A DNA stretch of 64,000 nucleotides from Octopus vulgaris. Taxonomy: Eukaryota. Where the stretch lies: assembly GCA_951406725.2 (NCBI GenBank), contig OX597823.1, positions 54,436,001 through 54,500,000 of the forward strand, written 5' to 3'. Positions 63,401-64,000 of the stretch are shown here, in pieces (position 1 is the stretch's first letter; every line of letters begins with the position of its first letter). The notes below the pieces were generated by a model. That model was given only the letters and a program-made list of their open reading frames with translations. It was not told the origin of the DNA and did no database searches. A program made the translations under genes and the position numbers.

Positions 63401-63580
63401 GGTTTTAGACACTCTCAATCCTATGTTATTTGGTATAGAAAAACAGATAAAGACTGAAAATTAAATAAAAGGAAGAAAAGCAAAGAAAATGGCAATCACC
63501 TTAATAGGACAAGCTGCTGGTGTCCTCCAAGTAAATATATATTCACAGAATTCTGTTTCACTCTCAAAAGAAATATAATG
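1457..63580 (-). CDS. IGF2R: Cation-independent mannose-6-phosphate receptor (CI-MPR/IGF2R orthologue), 3' part, 24 exons spanning introns; 5' part outside window
   Basis: 24 manually spliced GT-AG exons with compatible phases give 1170 aa. Repeated MRH domains (C..YDLS.L..YxINVC..C..C..C..C.Y.F.W....C), a TM helix, a YINV motif and C-terminal HDDSDEDMIL* (human HDDSDEDLLHI). Confidence 0.96.
1848..5668 (+). mobile_element. Degenerate Penelope-like retroelement (RT + GIY-YIG; possibly Naiad-like), permuted, with inverted 5' pLTR piece
   Basis: RT fragments ITLKDHKDNF..RLICPCKSDLGKLSKIILD, FIQIDIDNYYSSI, IPMG, GGLYRDD, YLD, SNHPPSI; C-rich linker then VVY..CIG..H..SF..LSKYIWELK GIY-YIG (3800-4230); ORF N-terminus at 5215-5668; 1848-1980 is the reverse complement of 4931-5064; many stops and frameshifts. 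Confidence 0.9.
4827..4919 (+). ncRNA. Degenerate type I hammerhead ribozyme motif in PLE pLTR
   Basis: GAC-CTGATGA-long stem II (GTGACTATAT..ATATAGCCAT)-AAA-C-GCAC-G-TA-GTC; the G of the GAAA box is lost. Confidence 0.6.
5702..5771 (-). CDS. IGF2R: CI-MPR exon, cytoplasmic tail
   Basis: QIMKENIKNIFTRNRTVKARYIN; CAG/GTAAG; phase 2/0 bridges the TM exon and last exon and creates the Yxx-phi motif YINV. Confidence 0.85.
6378..6686 (-). mobile_element. 5'-truncated non-LTR element 3' end with 15-bp TSD
   Basis: TAGCTGTTGACATAT at 6363-6377 and 6687-6701; ends AATAAAGAAAT on the minus strand. Confidence 0.75.
7068..7202 (-). CDS. IGF2R: CI-MPR exon, stalk and transmembrane helix
   Basis: SDQSPKKQVSVASSNYHILIIVTSVTFSIIIIAVLLKILMKPEQ; CAG/GTAAG, phase 2/2. 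Confidence 0.92.
8770..8855 (-). CDS. IGF2R: CI-MPR exon, end of domain 15
   Basis: ENPTFVYESNECVFLFYWHSKLACPHYN; CAG/GTAAG, phase 0/2. Confidence 0.92.
9028..9880 (+). mobile_element. Head-to-tail cluster of about 4 SINEs (core GCCTTTCATCCTTTCGGGGTCGATAAAATAAGTACCAG, Meta-domain-like)
   Basis: Repeated ~220-bp units mostly separated by (ATT)n tails; same family at 1-115, 14030-14265, 49510-49940, 50700-50820, 51560-51780 and 57339-58935. Confidence 0.85.
10103..10209 (-). CDS. IGF2R: CI-MPR exon, domain 15
   Basis: DYMDLEITSPEKCHSNPSKNIVSVFEFFCTHLASQ; CAG/GTAAG, phase 1/0. Confidence 0.9.
11768..12147. mobile_element. Tc1/mariner-type MITE inserted in a SINE
   Basis: TIRs CACTACCGTCAGAAATTAATTAGCAC / GTGCTAATTAATTTCTGTCGCAAGTG, TA on both sides; splits the SINE starting at about 11685. 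Confidence 0.85.
13466..13525. repeat. Perfect 60-bp palindrome without spacer
   Basis: CATGAATGTAAAAGGTAATTCAAGCAGGAG|CTCCTGCTTGAATTACCTTTTACATTCATG. Confidence 0.97.
13573..13769 (-). CDS. IGF2R: CI-MPR exon, domain 15
   Basis: TFRVEETRGTENFYYDISF...TCKNAAVCQRKKGDSSYYKNLGSATKKRFYMD; CAG/GTAGG, phase 2/1. Confidence 0.92.
13893..14460 (+). mobile_element. tRNA-derived SINE with a nested second SINE (14030-14265)
   Basis: A/B-box-like head AGTGGTTAGAGC..GTTTGATTC; uninterrupted relative at 36091-36430; nested copy flanked by TGATTTGTGA (14019-14028, 14266-14275). Confidence 0.8.
15291..15406 (+). ncRNA. Hammerhead-like motif (PLE type), irregular stem II
   Basis: AGT-CTGATGA...GAAA-C-AATT-G-TA-GCT; a second decayed CTGATGA motif lies at 15232. 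Confidence 0.5.
16429..16512 (-). CDS. IGF2R: CI-MPR exon, start of domain 15
   Basis: EAMKEVNGVLIDYKSSRKIYFGNQTQG (cf. human EVQMVNGTI, Cys-less start of domain 15); CAG/GTGAG, phase 2/2. Confidence 0.85.
16882..16950 (-). CDS. IGF2R: CI-MPR exon, end of domain 14
   Basis: KKNLETCTYEFNWATYLACKED; TAG/GTAAG, phase 2/2. Confidence 0.92.
18179..18308 (-). CDS. IGF2R: CI-MPR exon, domain 14
   Basis: NSPVNNPVIILQYSSDTPVCSNKRATTIIRFSCSRTMGRPVF; TAG/GTAAA, phase 1/2. Confidence 0.88.
18699..18767 (-). ncRNA. Degenerate hammerhead motif
   Basis: Minus strand CTGATGA-TGGA..TCCA-GAAA-C-AGTT-G-TT; stem I is mismatched. Confidence 0.5.
21784..21926 (-). CDS. IGF2R: CI-MPR exon, domain 14
   Basis: YWINVCQSLYTRPKSQNCSGSGAAVC...VLYVD; CAG/GTAGGT, phase 2/1. 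Confidence 0.9.
23912..25167 (+). mobile_element. Full-length degenerate mariner (DD34D) transposon
   Basis: TIRs TTGGGTCATACCATAAATAATG / CATTATTTGTGGGATGACTCAA with TA TSD; 1256 bp; motifs MEATKEYIRHILFYEF, WFPHKL, DDEKW, HQDNA, HPPYSLDTAPSDY; stops and frameshifts. Confidence 0.93.
25875..26029 (-). CDS. IGF2R: CI-MPR exon, end of domain 13 and start of domain 14
   Basis: KTSCQLVFIWKTKFACPPAVKDCFLSYLNSSYDLSSLANTQSWKAMTVTGE; CAG/GTGAG, phase 0/2. Confidence 0.93.
26674..26750 (-). CDS. IGF2R: CI-MPR exon, domain 13
   Basis: GTRASTKILFLCNNTAGLGKPVLFE; TAG/GTAAG, phase 1/0. Confidence 0.9.
26918..27138. mobile_element. piggyBac-type MITE
   Basis: TTAA-CCCTT...AAAGGG-TCAA ends; related fragments near 16550, 21490-21690 and 41480-41675. 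Confidence 0.65.
28318..28525 (-). CDS. IGF2R: CI-MPR exon, domain 13
   Basis: IPADPSGNFLLRVCG...SGAC...LTYQNGDPCSSE; AAG/GTAAG, phase 0/1. Confidence 0.9.
29116..29553 (-). mobile_element. tRNA-derived SINE with internal (TA)n/(TG)n tract (most abundant family)
   Basis: Head GGTGTAGGAGTGGCTGTGTGGTAAG..GGTTCAGTCCC, core CACCTTGGGCAAGTGTCTT; other copies at 31203, 34777, 35225, 39027, 41775, 62940 and many fragments. Confidence 0.9.
29995..30168 (-). CDS. IGF2R: CI-MPR exon, end of domain 12 and start of domain 13
   Basis: GHPVLMDAIDSCTYIFNWETNLVC...HCVYKD...YDFSSLHNSGVNK; CAG/GTGAG, phase 0/0. Confidence 0.93.
31399..32869 (-). mobile_element. 5'-truncated RTE-clade LINE
   Basis: Minus-strand peptides KGVGRKSIRC..HKRYSNIKG..VDSFRYLG and KGRLYDACVRTAMLHGSE; 3' UTR with ~60-bp repeats and (GAT)n tail. 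Confidence 0.9.
32902..33170 (+). mobile_element. Fold-back pLTR-like mini-element in (TA)n
   Basis: About 80-bp inverted arms 32902-32981 and 33005-33084, including GAAA-CC-GATT-GG-TA (hammerhead 3' half). Confidence 0.55.
33216..33720 (+). mobile_element. Fold-back pLTR-like mini-element between microsatellites
   Basis: About 135-bp inverted arms 33216-33351 and 33453-33582; contains a hammerhead; flanked by (CA)n and (TA)n. Confidence 0.65.
33415..33494 (+). ncRNA. Minimal type I hammerhead ribozyme (PLE type)
   Basis: CATT-CTGATGA-T-GTTTGTTA..TAACAAAC-T-GAAA-C-AGCT-G-TA-AATG: both core boxes intact, 4-bp stem I, palindromic stem III loop. Confidence 0.75.
34089..34235 (-). CDS. IGF2R: CI-MPR exon, domain 12
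   Basis: SLGSVSDGPYIDPNDQAVTIHYKNGAPCPNSKQNRSTIIKFRCKVGPSL; TAG/GTAAG, phase 0/0. Confidence 0.93.
34318..35878 (-). mobile_element. Degenerate, internally deleted mariner with SINE insertions
   Basis: TIRs ACAAGGAGCATTGCAGAAGTTTTCAGACTTTT / AAAAGTCTCAAAACTTCTAGAATGCACCATGT; minus-strand PHPPCSSNLAPCDF (YSPDLAP motif). Confidence 0.75.
34777..35120 (+). mobile_element. tRNA-derived SINE, same family, nested in a mariner
   Basis: Well-preserved head and core; an inverted copy follows at 35225-35587. Confidence 0.88.
37168..37380 (-). CDS. IGF2R: CI-MPR exon, domain 12 N-half
   Basis: VRCTVIKGGQMFDLSPL...YYINICRPLNPIYGSICPPLASVC...; TAG/GTAAG, phase 0/0. Confidence 0.95.
39027..39498 (+). 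mobile_element. tRNA-derived SINE, same family
   Basis: Full head, core, microsatellite and tail; ends about 25 nt from the donor at 39523. Confidence 0.88.
39524..39783 (-). CDS. IGF2R: CI-MPR exon, domain 11 C-half
   Basis: SCQTNTNTNKSFNCGKAN...CHGGKFERNTIINFVC...AESKNCTYYFSWHTDLVCEKQ; AAG/GTAAT, phase 1/0. Confidence 0.93.
39954..40079 (-). CDS. IGF2R: CI-MPR exon, domain 11
   Basis: VSFDLSQLKKSKGYTISDQKEHSFQLNICGAVANSQCSKES; TAG/GTAAG, phase 1/1. Confidence 0.93.
42517..42652 (-). CDS. IGF2R: CI-MPR exon, end of domain 10 and start of domain 11
   Basis: DSSPKEYYYIESKCEHHFLWVAREACPLNQIPSHNDTCSVTDEST; CAG/GTAAA, phase 0/1. Confidence 0.92.
43308..44547 (+). mobile_element. Degenerate Tc1/mariner transposon, probably maT/DD37D type
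   Basis: Inverted ends GAAACCATAGGTAGCCTTGTTAACCCACA / TGTGGGTTAACAAGGCAAACAATAGTTTC; motifs ITDKKKFDI, LVFVSLGVKIN..Y, LQQYLAPS, WPTGSPDLNPL; exact ends uncertain. Confidence 0.85.
45800..45944 (-). CDS. IGF2R: CI-MPR exon, domain 10
   Basis: YHNIGELG...LVYKNGEPCGEGKTSSTYITFQCDLSAV; CAG/GTAAG, phase 2/0. Confidence 0.93.
46261..46567 (-). mobile_element. Young CpG-rich tRNA-derived SINE (V-domain-like)
   Basis: Head TGGCTTAGTGGTTAGAGC..GGTTTGAATC; CCTGCGACGGACTGGCGTCCCATCCAGG; (AAC)n tail; GTGCCTTCATGT repeated at 46249-46260 and 46559-46570. Confidence 0.8.
46838..47110. mobile_element. hAT (Charlie-like) MITE
   Basis: TIRs TAGTAGTTCCCAAA / TTTGGGAACCACTG; 8-bp TSD ATCTAAAG / ATGTAAAG. 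Confidence 0.85.
47186..49505 (+). mobile_element. 5'-truncated, internally deleted RTE-clade LINE
   Basis: ORFs 47218-47535 and 47550-48602: WWWD, MKTGKAPGPSGI, HQGSVFSPLL, LLYADD, Cys/His cluster, FRYL, MLHGSETW; 3' UTR repeats and (GAT)n tail. Confidence 0.93.
49975..51530 (+). mobile_element. Two copies of a ~500-bp (AAT)n-tailed element enclosing R4/Dong-like LINE 3' fragments
   Basis: 49975-50460 resembles 50997-51530; 50465-50600 encodes IGALGTV..LLQKVCLLGTGKIIRRVL (C-terminus of RLE-type non-LTR elements); 50845-50890 encodes KSAILYSARILR. Confidence 0.7.
51845..51911 (-). CDS. IGF2R: CI-MPR exon, domain 10
   Basis: ETCPSSSAACRIYLNETDSTK; CAG/GTAAG, phase 1/2 fits both neighbours. 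Confidence 0.9.
54883..55254 (-). CDS. IGF2R: CI-MPR exon, domain 9 C-half and start of domain 10
   Basis: KTSDELVYEDG...CHKKFNRKTII...EEKDDCSYLFEWPTRHVCP...FILNVCQTLVHRK; CAG/GTAAA, phase 1/1. Confidence 0.95.
57339..58935 (+). mobile_element. Cluster of about 5 SINEs of the same family, interrupted by two RTE tails
   Basis: Units start near 57339, 57573, 57808, 58561 and 58712; RTE tails at about 57941-58157 and 58221-58533. Confidence 0.85.
58990..59218 (-). CDS. IGF2R: CI-MPR exon, domain 9 N-half
   Basis: RITGKSCKVVDPLYKNEFDLNLL...FLLNVCG...AACQTRSSDPSFAINI; TAG/GTAAG, phase 0/1. Confidence 0.93.
59507..59580. repeat. (TG)n microsatellite, about 74 bp
   Basis: Uninterrupted TG run; many other (TA)n/(CA)n tracts occur across the window. 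Confidence 0.95.
61376..61830 (-). mobile_element. RTE 3' tail with tandem ~62-bp repeats
   Basis: Three near-identical units plus diverged ones; same tail at 5905, 10600, 16140, 18987, 53380, 59935 and many other sites. Confidence 0.88.
62575..62858. repeat. Degenerate tandem repeat (about 3 units)
   Basis: Recurring blocks CTACTGTCAGA.(T)ATAATGCTG, GCT.TGTACAAACAG.AGTTGT and CTAAG.ACAG.A..CAAACACCAG. Confidence 0.7.
63500..63580 (-). CDS. IGF2R: CI-MPR exon, end of MRH domain 8
   Basis: HYISFESETEFCEYIFTWRTPAACPIK; ttctag acceptor, GTGATT donor, phase 0/0. Confidence 0.9.
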
Positions 63581-64000
63581 CTAGAAAACAAAGAAAAGAG
63601 ATTGTATTTTTCAGTCAGCATATTTTTCAAATATCATTTTTGGGGTTTAAATTTTATTTTTTTAAATTTCTGTTCCATACTCTGCTGCACATTGATCCAT
63701 GTGGACAGTTCCAGTAGAGAATCAATTTTCTCCCTGCCCATAGGAAAAGGTCATTAGTCTCTCAATAATCCTTCCACCATTTCTTGAGAGAGGATGGTGT
63801 TTGTGTGATTCCCTGTAGCTCTTCTCAGAGTACAAGATAGCTATTTATCTAGCTAGAGTAAGAGTGAGAAAGAGAAAGAAAGAGATGGAAGTGGGTAGAT
63901 GGAAAAGAGAAAGAGAAAAGGAAGGGAGAGAATAAGAATTATCATCTGCAGTACATTCGTATTTTATCAAGTCCAGAATGATGAAAGACAAAATTAACAA

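Overview
Eukaryotic, AT-rich, repeat-dense genomic DNA. The SINE/RTE/microsatellite repertoire looks like an octopus or other coleoid cephalopod (inference). Almost the whole window is the 3' part of one minus-strand gene, a cation-independent mannose-6-phosphate receptor (CI-MPR/IGF2R orthologue). I reconstructed 24 GT-AG exons from 63580 down to the stop at 1457, all with compatible phases (3513 nt, 1170 aa plus stop). They encode the end of MRH domain 8, domains 9-15, the TM helix and a short sorting tail; the 5' part of the gene lies beyond the window. The introns hold a degenerate Penelope-like element (PLE), RTE LINEs and their tails, R4/Dong-like fragments, mariner/maT/hAT/piggyBac-type DNA elements and several tRNA-derived SINE families. 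Most notable: (1) domain 11, the IGF2-binding domain in mammals, carries a complete Q/H/R/E/Y sugar-phosphate-binding signature; (2) the PLE looks like one circularly permuted unit with a hammerhead motif, a retained intron and a 5' inverted pLTR piece; (3) several small fold-back inserts carry minimal hammerhead motifs; (4) a phase-1 intron sits where vertebrates have the FN2 insert; (5) a spacer-less 60-bp palindrome lies next to a splice donor. All comparisons to known proteins are from memory, not database searches.
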